The notes: generated by a model not told the origin, from the letters alone. 50,220 nucleotides of DNA from a virus (IMGVR_UViG_3300048852_000106:1-50220); one strand, 5' to 3'; counted from the first letter of the stretch, positions 8,937-18,605 are shown. Program-made: numbers and translations.

Positions 8937-10015
8937 CAGTCGAGTAATCCTGTCCTACTATCCGAGAGCGCCTTGCCGGCATCGTAGGCCTTGTCGGACT
9001 TGCCCTTCGGCTTCTTCCCACCGTGGCTGCGCGGGTCGACGAACGTGAGTTCTGCCCTCGTCCCTTCGTGGCTTTGCGTGAATGTGACGGTCGAAAGGGT
9101 CATGTCCTGATCGACGCGCTCGCTCGGCAGCTTGATTGCCATCAGGCGCCCGGGCTCCCATATCTCGCCGCCGTCATCCCGCCAGGTGCTGACAGTGATC
9201 GGGATTGACGTTCCCGACCCCTGCCTGCGCAGGCGCTCCCATTGGGCTCGGGTCTTGAGGTTTTCCTCAGTACCGTCGCCTTCCAGGAAGACAATGAGCG
9301 GGCGATAGCGGCCGACCTCAGGGTCGTATTCCTTGACCTCTTCGCGAAGATCCTTGGAGTTCGTGCCAAGGGCGCGCTGTGCTTTCGCGGTGACCTCGCT
9401 GAACTTGCCCTCGGCCGAGAACCTGACGCCGAACTTCTTGATCGGTGGCTGACCTTCGACCAGAGCGCCGGCATGGCGCTTCGATCCGGCCCGGGTGATG
9501 ATGACGCCGCCTTCCGGCTTGCCCATCAGCATCAGGCCCTGCTCGCGCGCCTCGCGCTCTAGGGTGTCGTGCACGCTGTCGGTCGGATAGCGTTGGACCT
9601 TTGGGATCGGCTTAAGCTGAACGTCTGTCTCATAGCCGATGCCGAACTCGTCGAATTCCTTCGCCACGTCCAAGAGGGTCTTGCCCTCGACGCGACCTGT
9701 CTTGTGCCTCGCCGGCGGGCAGTCGATGGCGTCCTGCGCCTTCGAGCGCCCGGACACCCGAACGTCGTGCGTTGCGCCCTCGCCATGGTCGGCCTCATAG
9801 GTATCGATATAGCCCCGGCACAGGAGCGTGTCGTTGGAGTAGAGCTCGACCTCGGCACCAAGCCTCAACGCCCAGGCATCCTCGTGCCAGGCCGGGTTCG
9901 TGGCCCTCAGCCCGAAGGTGATCGCGGCCTGCTCCATCGAGCGGGTGACGTTCACTTCCTGAAAGCCCCTGAGCCGCTTCCCGCCGACAACCAGGGTCAC
10001 GATCTCTTCAATCAT
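8936..10015 (-). CDS. Baseplate hub, Mu gp44 (gpP)-like
   Basis: VTRSME, GYID, VSGRSK...DC and WEPG motifs. Confidence 0.9.
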   Translation of the reverse strand: MIEEIVTLVVGGKRLRGFQEVNVTRSMEQAAITFGLRATNPAWHEDAWALRLGAEVELYSNDTLLCRGYIDTYEADHGEGATHDVRVSGRSKAQDAIDCPPARHKTGRVEGKTLLDVAKEFDEFGIGYETDVQLKPIPKVQRYPTDSVHDTLEREAREQGLMLMGKPEGGVIITRAGSKRHAGALVEGQPPIKKFGVRFSAEGKFSEVTAKAQRALGTNSKDLREEVKEYDPEVGRYRPLIVFLEGDGTEENLKTRAQWERLRRQGSGTSIPITVSTWRDDGGEIWEPGRLMAIKLPSERVDQDMTLSTVTFTQSHEGTRAELTFVDPRSHGGKKPKGKSDKAYDAGKALSDSRTGLLD

Positions 10016-10731
10016 GAAGCCAAAGCCTCGAAGGAGGTTTCGAAAAAGAGCGGCGTCGAGACAGCGTTGCGCTCGACCAGCTCCTCTGCCCGCTCCGGAT
10101 CGCCGTACAGGCGCCAGGCGAGCACGGTGGACGGGAACGAACGCATCGCCTCGACCAGCACCACCGGCTTCAGGTCGAGGGCGCCACGGCCCAGAAAATC
10201 GATGGCCTGTCGCACGGTGTCGGACGCCGCCCGCCAGATGTCCTCGCTACCATATTCAGATATGCGCTCGAGCGAGGCGTCAGCCAGATCGGATAGGCGA
10301 CCAGAGGCGGCCTGCGCCGATGGTCGGTCCATGTAAGACCGCTCGGCGACTGCCACGGCCACCTCAGCTAGGACAGCGGCCTCAACACAAGCGACTGCGG
10401 CGCGGGCGAAGTCCGATGCAAGGTTTACTGCCGGCGAGGTTGTCACCGGAACGGCATCGACCAGGAGCGGCAGAGCCGCCGTGCCACGGCTCTCGACTTC
10501 AGCCGGATCGCCGTTGCTGCCTATATCCCTGATCACGTCGCAGAGGTCACCGACCGCATTCGCGATCACAGCGACCAGGACAGCGCCCACCAGGCTTGCC
10601 CGGGTGCGGGCGATGCGCGTGCCGAGATCGGCAGCCACATCCGCATCCAGCGTCAGGCTGGCCCGGAGACTTTCGACCTGATCACAGAGGCTCTGCACCA
10701 CGCCGGCGGCGATCGATACACGCTCCGTCAC
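10012..10731 (-). CDS. Mu gp43 (DNA circulation protein) C-terminal half
   Basis: PSTVLAWRLYGDPERAEELVERN...PLF C-terminal motif; GTGA overlap with the upstream half. Confidence 0.8.
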   Translation of the reverse strand: MTERVSIAAGVVQSLCDQVESLRASLTLDADVAADLGTRIARTRASLVGAVLVAVIANAVGDLCDVIRDIGSNGDPAEVESRGTAALPLLVDAVPVTTSPAVNLASDFARAAVACVEAAVLAEVAVAVAERSYMDRPSAQAASGRLSDLADASLERISEYGSEDIWRAASDTVRQAIDFLGRGALDLKPVVLVEAMRSFPSTVLAWRLYGDPERAEELVERNAVSTPLFFETSFEALAS

Positions 10732-11204
10732 GGTCTGAAGCCTCCGAGATAGGTGCGAGCTAAGCCCGCAATTGAGCCAGCAGAGGAGGCTGCTAGGCGG
10801 TTACCGAGCGGCAGGCTCGGGAAGAGAGAAGCGCCACCGGCTTCCACCGCCTCGAAGTCGATCCCGATGTACCCGAGCCGGTCCTTCGAGTGGTTGGTGC
10901 TGATGTCGCCGGAGATCATGACCTCGACAGGTCCGAGCACCGGCAGCATGAGCGTGCCGGAGCCCGGCTGCGTTAGTGCGGCGACCAGCGCCGCCCCATG
11001 CACGTCAGCAAGGTCATTGGCGATATAGGCTGAGACTCGATACCGCTTGGCCTTGCGGCCCATGTCCTCCGTCGAGATCTCTTCAGACCGGACATATTCG
11101 TGGACCGCGACGTGACGGCCGCCGCCAGCCAGACCCTCTGTCTCGACCTTGAACGGTACGCCCCGGAAAGAGGCCGGCCGGAGCGTCTTCGTCCAATCGC
11201 GCAT
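10728..11204 (-). CDS. DNA circularization protein N-terminal domain (Mu gp43 N-terminal half)
   Basis: LRPASFRGVPF...VHEY...EDMGR...GTL motif. Confidence 0.9.
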   Translation of the reverse strand: MRDWTKTLRPASFRGVPFKVETEGLAGGGRHVAVHEYVRSEEISTEDMGRKAKRYRVSAYIANDLADVHGAALVAALTQPGSGTLMLPVLGPVEVMISGDISTNHSKDRLGYIGIDFEAVEAGGASLFPSLPLGNRLAASSAGSIAGLARTYLGGFRP

Positions 11205-11269
11205 GTTGTGAACTCGCTAAGGGTTAGACTAGCTTATCGCTAGCCTTTGGATGGCGCGGGAGGGCGGCT

Positions 11270-11821
11270 ATGGTTTCGAAGAAGAACAAAAAGAATATCC
11301 GTGATCTATCGCACCAAATGCCAAGCCCAGGTGAGTTTTCCCGCATGATCGATGGTGTCGATAGCTGGGACGGAAGGGCTGCAGCACTGGTGTTGACTGC
11401 ACTACTAGACAGTTTTCTTGAGTGGTCTTTACGTTTTACCTTTGTCCCGCTTGAACCGGATGAGTTCAACAGCCTTTTTCGCGAGAGTCCTGGGCACATT
11501 TCAAGCTTTGCTTCAAAGATTGCATTGGCTCACGCACTCGGAATATTCAATCGGCTCGAGCGAAAGGCTGCAGACAATGTCAGGCATGTTCGTAATGCCT
11601 TCGCCCACGCCACATCTGATATCTCGTTTGAATCCTCCGCAATCGCTGACTTTTGCACCGCGATGGACCCTAGCGTTCTGATTGAAGGCGGCGAATACCA
11701 AGCAGAAACAAATACGCCTCGTGAGCGGTTTACTATCACCTGTCTCCTGTTGTGCACGAAACTAATTCGATACAATCGCAAGGTGGCATCCCTTGCTGGC
11801 GTAGGCGAGCCTGCTCCATAG
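11270..11821 (+). CDS. MtlR-like HEPN-fold protein (moron in the tail operon)
   Basis: RAAALV...SSFASKIALAHALG...VRNAFAH containing an RxxxxH motif; opposite strand; AT-richer. Confidence 0.75.
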   Translation: MVSKKNKKNIRDLSHQMPSPGEFSRMIDGVDSWDGRAAALVLTALLDSFLEWSLRFTFVPLEPDEFNSLFRESPGHISSFASKIALAHALGIFNRLERKAADNVRHVRNAFAHATSDISFESSAIADFCTAMDPSVLIEGGEYQAETNTPRERFTITCLLLCTKLIRYNRKVASLAGVGEPAP

Positions 11822-11951
11822 CCTCATAGACATCGCGAGCACCATCTTCGAAGGTCTGATAGTCATAGCTAAATGCTGAAAGCGCAATTGCTCCAGCCCG
11901 AAGCATCTCGGGCGTCCGCTCATGCGAATGATCATCCCGACCGTTGCCCAT
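11736..11951 (-). CDS. Small hypothetical phage protein
   Basis: ATG just after the tape-measure stop; TPEMLRAG...ARDVYEAM helical pattern. Confidence 0.5.
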   Translation of the reverse strand: MGNGRDDHSHERTPEMLRAGAIALSAFSYDYQTFEDGARDVYEAMEQARLRQQGMPPCDCIELVSCTTGDR

Positions 11952-11952
11952 T

Positions 11953-13995
11953 CTACCTAGGTCCTGCTTTGATCTGCGGCATTGAGGTGCCGACATTGGC
12001 GCGAATGTTGCCGGAGGACTCTGCAGCCATTCCAGTGACCCGGCCGCCCTCCACCTGCACCCGAACATTCACGGTTGCCTGTCCGACCACCTCCGCCTCA
12101 ACCTTGCCAGTCAAGTCGATCGGCTGCGAGACGACAGCTTCCAGCTTGCCGGTCACGTCGATAGGCTGCGTGACTGCGGCCTCCACCTTCCCAGAGCCAA
12201 GGATATCCTCAAGCCGAGACAGCGTCGGAGTGTCCATACCCCCGGGTCGCGCCGGCGGAAGCGGAGCCCCATTCGGGAAGTCCCAAGGCGAGGCCTGCCG
12301 TACGGAGCCACCTGGTCCGCCAATACCGAAGGACATCAACCCTGGAGTGATAGGCCGCATCTCAGACGGAGCGTTTACACGCAACCCGGCTAGACGCCGC
12401 TGCGCTGCAACCGTCTCAGTGATCTGCATATTGACTTCGTCGAGCGCAGCGGCGGCGGCATCCAACTCTTCGGAACGCCGGATGATGGCGTTCAGGCGCT
12501 CACGCTCGGTAGCACGGGCCGAAAACCCGAACTCCCGCTTGGGCGACCCAGGCGGCAAAGCATCTAGCGTATCGAACTGACGCATACGCGCACGGGCTCG
12601 GTCAGCTTCCTGCCTAGAAAGGTCCTGCGTCTGCATCAGCCGGTCGCGATCGACCATGTTCGCCCTTGCGGCCGCCAACTCCGAGGCTGGCTGATCCACT
12701 GCCTGTCCGGTCAAAAGATAGTTTTTCCAGACATTTAGATTGCCCTCAGCATTCGTTCGCTGGCCAGCATTGAAGCGATCCATCTCTTCATTGAGGATAC
12801 GCATCGAATCTGCCATGCCACTCAAAGCCGCGGCGGCTCCGAGATTAGTAGCCGCATTGCCCGATTCCGTAACAAACTTGTTCCAAGAACTCGACAGACG
12901 TTGGATCTTAGTTTCGTTGTCCTGCAAGACATTGCCTAGGGCCCGCATAGTCGAGCCATCAGCGCGGCTGAGAGATGCCGCGAGACGGTCTACGGCGCCC
13001 TTCTGCGATAGCAGAGCGCGCATGCCGCGTGCGAATTCCATATCGCCGAATAGCTGAGGGATCTGAGAAAGGTCGCCTTTCAGCGCTTTGTCTGCAAGCC
13101 CAGTAAACACGGTGAGCAGATCCTTGCCCTCCTTTCGGGCCTTCGCCATCGCCTTCGGCAAATCAATACCGAACTCCTTGAAGCGCTTGACAGTCTCGTC
13201 TGTCTCCATCTTCGCGAAGATGTTCTGCAGGGATGCGGCCGCCTCCTCTGCTGTTCCCGTCTGATTGCGGACGACTTGGGCGGTAGCGACCAGCCGCTGA
13301 AGGCCCTCCTCACCAGCCATGCCAACCGAGGCTGCCAATGGCGCGAGGCTCGGCAGGTACCGAGCCATGTCCTTCAACTCGAACTTTCCGGCATTGCCGC
13401 CCTCAATCATGATGTCGAAGGCAGCCTGCATCCGGTCCCCGGCGATCTTCATCTGATCACCCACCGCGCCTGCCGCATTGGCAATGTCGTTGACGTCAGC
13501 ACCAGCCGCCTGAGCAGCCCGCGCGATTGCGGGCATCTGTTGCCGGATGTCCCGCATCGACTTGCCCTGGGCGGCCATGGCTTCGAAGCCGACTACAATG
13601 CTGTCGAACGGCATAGCGACCTCATCGGCCAGCGCCTGAGCCTCCTTGCGGACGGCCTGCATCTCCTCACGCGAGGTATCGGCAGTAATACCGACACGGG
13701 TAAGGCGCCGCTCGACCTCGGCATAGGACTTAACGGCCCGACCGACCCCATAAGCAACCGCCGCCGGCGCCAGGTAGCGTCCGACCGATGCGACCATCGC
13801 GGAAGTACTGGCGTTGACGCCGTTCTGTGCAGCCGCAACGACTCGCGAGGTGGTCGCTACCTTTCCCAGTGTCCCGTTGACCTGGCGGGCTGCGCCGGCC
13901 AACTGCCGGAACTTGTTCGCCACACCAGATAGGACACTGCCGGTGCGGTCGACAGCCGAGATGACGGCCTTAGCTTCCATGGTTCGAGTGGCCAT
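11953..13995 (-). CDS. Tail tape measure protein
   Basis: Long Ala-rich helical protein; GKFELKDMARYLP motif; follows the tail chaperone. Confidence 0.92.
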   Translation of the reverse strand: MATRTMEAKAVISAVDRTGSVLSGVANKFRQLAGAARQVNGTLGKVATTSRVVAAAQNGVNASTSAMVASVGRYLAPAAVAYGVGRAVKSYAEVERRLTRVGITADTSREEMQAVRKEAQALADEVAMPFDSIVVGFEAMAAQGKSMRDIRQQMPAIARAAQAAGADVNDIANAAGAVGDQMKIAGDRMQAAFDIMIEGGNAGKFELKDMARYLPSLAPLAASVGMAGEEGLQRLVATAQVVRNQTGTAEEAAASLQNIFAKMETDETVKRFKEFGIDLPKAMAKARKEGKDLLTVFTGLADKALKGDLSQIPQLFGDMEFARGMRALLSQKGAVDRLAASLSRADGSTMRALGNVLQDNETKIQRLSSSWNKFVTESGNAATNLGAAAALSGMADSMRILNEEMDRFNAGQRTNAEGNLNVWKNYLLTGQAVDQPASELAAARANMVDRDRLMQTQDLSRQEADRARARMRQFDTLDALPPGSPKREFGFSARATERERLNAIIRRSEELDAAAAALDEVNMQITETVAAQRRLAGLRVNAPSEMRPITPGLMSFGIGGPGGSVRQASPWDFPNGAPLPPARPGGMDTPTLSRLEDILGSGKVEAAVTQPIDVTGKLEAVVSQPIDLTGKVEAEVVGQATVNVRVQVEGGRVTGMAAESSGNIRANVGTSMPQIKAGPR

Positions 13996-13996
13996 A

Positions 13997-14433
13997 TCAG
14001 CCTCGTTTCAGGAGTTTGCGCTGCACCGCCCGCTCGATCCAATGATCGACCTCAGAGAATGTCAGCTTTCCGGCTTCGGCCGCGCTGGCGATTTTCAGGT
14101 CGAAGACGAGGATGTCGAGTCTACCGGCGATGAGGCCCGCCGAGCGGCCCCGAAAAAATCCAGGACGGCCTCCCGTACCCGCATGGCATCGGCCAAGCCG
14201 AGTTGGCTCAAGATCAACGGATCATTTGGCTCAACAATGCAGCGCTCAATGTACTTCTCAAGCACTTCAGTGTTCTCAACCACATAGGATGTCCCGTCAG
14301 GGTTCCGAGCCCAGACTGAGGGTTCGCCTAGGGCGAAGTAGTCTCGCCCGGTCGGCTCCTTGACGACGACCTTCGAAATCGGTCCATTATGACCGGTGAT
14401 CGGCGTGGTGAGGGGTATGGCCTTGGTGTCCAT
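13997..14433 (-). CDS. Extended chaperone (E+E'-like) made by a -1 programmed frameshift
   Basis: T TTT TTC heptamer at 14158-14152; the -1 frame is open to TGA at 13999-13997, one base before the tape-measure ATG. Confidence 0.8.
14095..14433 (-). CDS. Tail assembly chaperone (Mu gp41 / P2 gpE-like)
   Basis: Lies between tube and tape measure; LTTPI...EPTGRD motif. Confidence 0.85.
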   Translation of the reverse strand: MDTKAIPLTTPITGHNGPISKVVVKEPTGRDYFALGEPSVWARNPDGTSYVVENTEVLEKYIERCIVEPNDPLILSQLGLADAMRVREAVLDFFGAARRASSPVDSTSSSST

Positions 14434-14442
14434 GGGGGTCCG

Positions 14443-14748
14443 ATGGTTGAAGTGATTGGTTGGCGGGTAATCGTTCCGGCCCTGATTGGCACAGTCATCG
14501 TCTGCACCTATCTTGCACCGGCCGGGATAGCACTCCGCTGGCGCCGCTGGTTCTCGGGGGTCGTTCTATTGATCGTGCTAGCCGTAGGACTCGTAGCGCT
14601 TCCGGTCGCGCCAGTGGTCACCGGAGGCGTATGGCTGTGCTCAATGCTTGGGGCATTACTGGTCGCCAAGGACGCCAAGCGGGATTTCCAACATCGGGAA
14701 CTGAAGGCGGCAATCCAGCGCGCCGCCGATGCCGCTCGGGTCGCCTAA
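14443..14748 (+). CDS. Small three-TM membrane protein (moron between tube and chaperone)
   Basis: MVEVIGW... hydrophobic ORF on the opposite strand filling the intergenic gap. Confidence 0.65.
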   Translation: MVEVIGWRVIVPALIGTVIVCTYLAPAGIALRWRRWFSGVVLLIVLAVGLVALPVAPVVTGGVWLCSMLGALLVAKDAKRDFQHRELKAAIQRAADAARVA

Positions 14749-15119
14749 ACCGATTGGTAGCTATCGGTCGCGATGCTGATGCCGGTCACCTCGCCCGACG
14801 AGGTGTTGATCGCAGCGCCGTCGCCGACAAAGCTGGCCCGGGTGAAGAGGTGGGTCTTGGGCCCGCCGGTCGTATCCGTCTCGACGAAGGTGACGTTGAT
14901 CTCCTGCAGGAGCATCGCCTCGTCCCACTTCAGACCGATGCCCCGGTCGAATGCCAGCTCGAGGGTAGCCAGCCTAGCCTGTACTGTCCGGTAGCCTGTG
15001 CCATCTGAATTTGCCTCTGCCGTGACACCGACCCGGCTCGGGTTGATGGTAGCCTCACCACGCCCAGAGAAGACGCTGCCGTTGATCTCAATGTTAAAGC
15101 GACCGCCCTTGGTATCCAT
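14745..15119 (-). CDS. Tail tube protein (Mu gpM-like)
   Basis: 124-aa beta-rich protein immediately after the sheath. Confidence 0.85.
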   Translation of the reverse strand: MDTKGGRFNIEINGSVFSGRGEATINPSRVGVTAEANSDGTGYRTVQARLATLELAFDRGIGLKWDEAMLLQEINVTFVETDTTGGPKTHLFTRASFVGDGAAINTSSGEVTGISIATDSYQSV

Positions 15120-15161
15120 GGCGCGTGTCTCCTGATGCTAGATGCTGGATAAGGGCGGCGC

Positions 15162-16700
15162 TTACTGAAGCGCCGCGATCTGGTCGTTGAGCTCGGGGAA
15201 GATCGTCACGTTGGCCGCGAAGACCCGAAGCTGGTTGGCGACATCGAACGGGATGTAGGCGTTGACCCGGTTCGGATCGGCCGAGCGCTCGACGATCACA
15301 TACTCGGCGAACAGCTCCGGCTTCTCGGCCAGCCCCCCGTCGTACATCTCCCGGTAGGCATGGATAAGCGTTGCTCGGATCTGCGCTGGCGTCGTGACAC
15401 CCTGCAGAGAGCGAGGGTTGTCATCCTTCAGCACAGACCGAGGATAGGTGGCCAGGATCCGCTGCTTGAAGTAGCGAGCGGCGTAGGCGGCGATGTAGAG
15501 CGTCTCCACATCCAGGAGGGTGATGTCGGCCTGACCCCATGCATTGGTCTGATAGGTGGTGACCACCCGGTCCAGAGCCGCCTGGCCGTCGGCACGGAAG
15601 ACCACGGCCGAGATGCCATTGCGATAGAGGCTATCCCGGTCCGCCATCTTCCACTGGTCCGAGACATTCTTCGGCCCGCGGAGGCCCTGAAGGACAAGCG
15701 TCTGAAGGGGACGGGCGATCTCGACCGCCTCGGTGATAGAGCGCCCGAGGTTCTTCGAGAAGCCCACGACTGCCGTCAGAGCTGCCACCCAGGCCCACGG
15801 CGCCTGAGGGTAGTTGTTCAGTCCCAAGATTGACACGTGCGGGTCGTTGCGGCCGGCACCGAGCGTCGTCTGTGCCGAGAGATTGCCGCTGCTCGTCGTG
15901 AAATAATGACCATACAACCCCACCGTAGGCGACCAGCGGCCAGAGCCGCTGTCGGACAGAAACTGCCGGACGGCGTTGAGCTGGGCTGTCGAAGAGTAGG
16001 GACCGCCGATGTGGTCGAAGGGCTGGTCGCCGAGGGCCGCCAGGGCCGTCGCCAGATCAACGTCGCCGGTGCCGCTGGTCAGAGTGGCAGACGCGATGGT
16101 GACAGTCAGACCTGCCGGATCCACCTCGTTGCCGTCGAGACCAGCCTCGACACGGATCGTGTTGCCCTCAACCCCGACATGACGGGCGGTCAGGGTAACG
16201 GTGCCTGTGGCGACACTGGTGGTAACCGGCGCGAGCTGGGCGCGGTTGTACTTGGTATAGCCCTTGTCGATGGCTGCCTTCAAAGCAGCAGCAACGACAG
16301 CGGCCGTATCGCCGACTGCGACGCCAACCGAATAGCGCTCGCCCGCGATGTAGCGGACCAGGGTGCCGGCCGCAGTGGCCGTGCCCGTGATGGCGATCGT
16401 GCCCGTGGCCGCGACACCGGACGGGTCCGTGACTGGAAGCGCCCAGATCTCGCCGTTCGGATTATGCCAGCGGGCGATGATCGCCATTTCGGCCAGCATC
16501 GAGCCCGCGCCGAAGAGCGCATTCGGATCACCAGCACCGAGATTGATCGGGATGCCGAGCTGCGCCGAGCCGCCGGCGAGCTTCCGGCCGATGAGCAGGG
16601 TGCGGGAGGTGCCAGAGTATGGCGGGATGCCCGCATTGATCTCGAAGTAAGCGCCAGGCACCCGGATATCGCCGGGCATATTATTGAAGGCAACCGACAT
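15162..16700 (-). CDS. Contractile tail sheath protein (Mu gpL-like)
   Basis: IRVPGAYFE, FGAGSML, PLQTL, RVVTTYQTN and DPNRVN motifs. Confidence 0.95.
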   Translation of the reverse strand: MSVAFNNMPGDIRVPGAYFEINAGIPPYSGTSRTLLIGRKLAGGSAQLGIPINLGAGDPNALFGAGSMLAEMAIIARWHNPNGEIWALPVTDPSGVAATGTIAITGTATAAGTLVRYIAGERYSVGVAVGDTAAVVAAALKAAIDKGYTKYNRAQLAPVTTSVATGTVTLTARHVGVEGNTIRVEAGLDGNEVDPAGLTVTIASATLTSGTGDVDLATALAALGDQPFDHIGGPYSSTAQLNAVRQFLSDSGSGRWSPTVGLYGHYFTTSSGNLSAQTTLGAGRNDPHVSILGLNNYPQAPWAWVAALTAVVGFSKNLGRSITEAVEIARPLQTLVLQGLRGPKNVSDQWKMADRDSLYRNGISAVVFRADGQAALDRVVTTYQTNAWGQADITLLDVETLYIAAYAARYFKQRILATYPRSVLKDDNPRSLQGVTTPAQIRATLIHAYREMYDGGLAEKPELFAEYVIVERSADPNRVNAYIPFDVANQLRVFAANVTIFPELNDQIAALQ

Positions 16701-16748
16701 TGCGGTCTTCCTTTGTCAGAACGGCCGCGCAAGTCGGCCCGGTGGAGA

Positions 16749-17060
16749 TTAGAGATCGGCGGAGCCGGGGCTCGGCTCCGGATCGGCGGTCGGCTGGGCA
16801 TCGACGGAGGGACGGTCGTCGGCCTTATCAGCCTCGGCCCGCTGCGCAGGTGCCGCGGTGCGCTTGGTCTTGGGCTTCGCCTGGACAGCCTCTGCCTCTA
16901 CTTCCTTCACGGAGATGTCGCCGCGCTCGAGCAGGCCGGCCCAGTACGGCGACCAATCAACCTCCAAACCCTCCCACGGCAGGTCTCTGCCGCGATCAGG
17001 ATCCGGGATAGACGCGCCCTTGCGGGCAGGCTTGATGAACTTGCGCTCGGTCTCTGACAT
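16749..17060 (-). CDS. DUF2635 / Mu gp38-like protein
   Basis: IKPA...IPDP...LPWEG...YW...GDI motif upstream of the sheath. Confidence 0.8.
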   Translation of the reverse strand: MSETERKFIKPARKGASIPDPDRGRDLPWEGLEVDWSPYWAGLLERGDISVKEVEAEAVQAKPKTKRTAAPAQRAEADKADDRPSVDAQPTADPEPSPGSADL

Positions 17061-17063
17061 GGC

Positions 17064-17822
17064 TCAGTCCTCGTGGGTGATGGTGGCATCGACGCCGACG
17101 AACGGCGCATGAGGTTCGCCCTCGGCGGGCTCCGGCAGCGGGGCTGAAGGATCAGGGCGCATCGTTAGATCAGCGCCTTCGAAGAACTCGACGCCTGCCG
17201 GCGGCAGGGCATCGGAGATCATCTGGCAGACCAGGCCCCCGGACGTGCCGGTCGGTAGGAGCTGGCAGACCGTCCGCAGCGGGCTCGGAAGGTTAGCAAA
17301 CGGGCCTGTCGGCACGTCCCGGATAGCGAGCTGGTCCTCGCCCTTCAGTTCGACGGACAAGGTCACGACCCGCACCGCCAGGCGAAGGCCGTTCTCATTG
17401 TCCGGAAAGCGGGAGGATTTGACCTTCGGCACCCGACGGCTGACCTTACGGGTGAGCGCTGGACCCTCACCTACCGTGATGACCTCGATCGCACGATGCT
17501 CGACAAGATCCAGCATCGCCTCAAGCTCGCGGTCGGTGACCGGGATGAGCGGATCATCATCCTTCCCATCGCCCTTTGCGGCCATGGCGATCTCAAGCAC
17601 GAGATCGACGGTCTGGTTGAAGGGGACGCCGCCGTTCTGCGGATCAAAGGCCTCTCCGTTGTCATCCTCGGTTGTGATCGTGATGGTCGGACGGAATTTC
17701 TTGCTCGCCGGCGGATCCATGATGCTGTCGAAGACCCGGCCGGGGCAGAGCGCAGCGATGACCGGATCGGCCAGCAGGTCGCGCGAGACCGCCAGCCTCA
17801 GTGCCGTTCGAGCGAGGCTCAT
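17064..17822 (-). CDS. Putative tail completion / neck protein; start revised to ATG at 17822
   Basis: MSLARTALRLAV...GRVFDS; TGATG coupling to the upstream gene. Confidence 0.65.
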   Translation of the reverse strand: MSLARTALRLAVSRDLLADPVIAALCPGRVFDSIMDPPASKKFRPTITITTEDDNGEAFDPQNGGVPFNQTVDLVLEIAMAAKGDGKDDDPLIPVTDRELEAMLDLVEHRAIEVITVGEGPALTRKVSRRVPKVKSSRFPDNENGLRLAVRVVTLSVELKGEDQLAIRDVPTGPFANLPSPLRTVCQLLPTGTSGGLVCQMISDALPPAGVEFFEGADLTMRPDPSAPLPEPAEGEPHAPFVGVDATITHED

Positions 17823-18211
17823 CAGATCCTCAGATTGATCTTGGAAGTGTTGAGGTCGTCGGGAACGACGCTCGTGACGGTGAACGTCTCGTTGGTGGCA
17901 ACGCGCTTCACCTGGTCGCCGGTAGCGATCCAATCCGGCAGAGCAACCGTCGCGACCTTGATGTTGGCAGGCTGGGCCACATAAGGGCTGGTCCAGTCAC
18001 CGGAACGCCCCCTGCCCTGCGCCTGCGCCATGGCTCCCTCAGCGGTGAAAGAGCCGATGAACGGGAACGGCGGGCGCGACCCGTCGCCGATCTGCCGTGC
18101 GTCGGGATCCGTCTGGGAGCGGGTGCGGGCGAGGAGGATGAAGTCCTCGCCGAACACCTCGTCGAAGGTGGGCTGTGCCGCAGCCCATGCCTCGCGGAAC
18201 AGGCTGGACAT
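17822..18211 (-). CDS. Head-tail joining (closure) protein
   Basis: FDEVFGE...GDQV...FTVTSVVPD pattern; position. Confidence 0.65.
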   Translation of the reverse strand: MSSLFREAWAAAQPTFDEVFGEDFILLARTRSQTDPDARQIGDGSRPPFPFIGSFTAEGAMAQAQGRGRSGDWTSPYVAQPANIKVATVALPDWIATGDQVKRVATNETFTVTSVVPDDLNTSKINLRI

Positions 18212-18215
18212 GGGC

Positions 18216-18605
18216 TCAGGCAGCCTTGAGTGCCGCGAGGATCTCGTCTTTGGACTGAGCAGGCTTCACCTCGACGCCGCGCGTCTTGGCCTCCTCGAGC
18301 AGCTGCTCTTTCGTCATGCTGTCGAGAGGATCAGCGGGAGGAGCGCCGGAAGGCTGGGTCGAACGGCGGGTGCGTTGCGATGCGGAGGCATCCGCCAGCG
18401 CTTGAGCCTCGGCAATCTCGCCCTTGGAAGCCTTTCGGACAGCGCCCTCGGCCTCAAGCTCGTCGAACTCGTCCTGATCGAGATCAATTAGAGCGCCGGG
18501 CTTGTGCTCGGCGACCTTCGCGGGCCGCACGACACGGCCCTCTTCATTCACCTTGCCGGCCTCGACAAGGGTATGCACGCCGTGAAGCGCGAATGCTTTC
18601 ACCAT
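18216..18605 (-). CDS. Capsid-associated protein with C-terminal HeH/Rho-N-like motif
   Basis: LDSMTKEQLLEEAKTRGV...SKDEILAAL; follows the major capsid gene. Confidence 0.65.
   Translation of the reverse strand: MVKAFALHGVHTLVEAGKVNEEGRVVRPAKVAEHKPGALIDLDQDEFDELEAEGAVRKASKGEIAEAQALADASASQRTRRSTQPSGAPPADPLDSMTKEQLLEEAKTRGVEVKPAQSKDEILAALKAA

Noticed and set aside
15837-17057. Long + strand ORFs opposite structural genes (also 44336..45811, 32110..33219, 23444..24373)
   Set aside because: Shadow ORFs typical of high-GC coding sequence
5294-17060. Tailocin, eCIS or T6SS interpretation of the sheath-tube-PAAR cluster
   Set aside because: Contiguous with complete head, terminase, cos and immunity modules, so it is a phage tail
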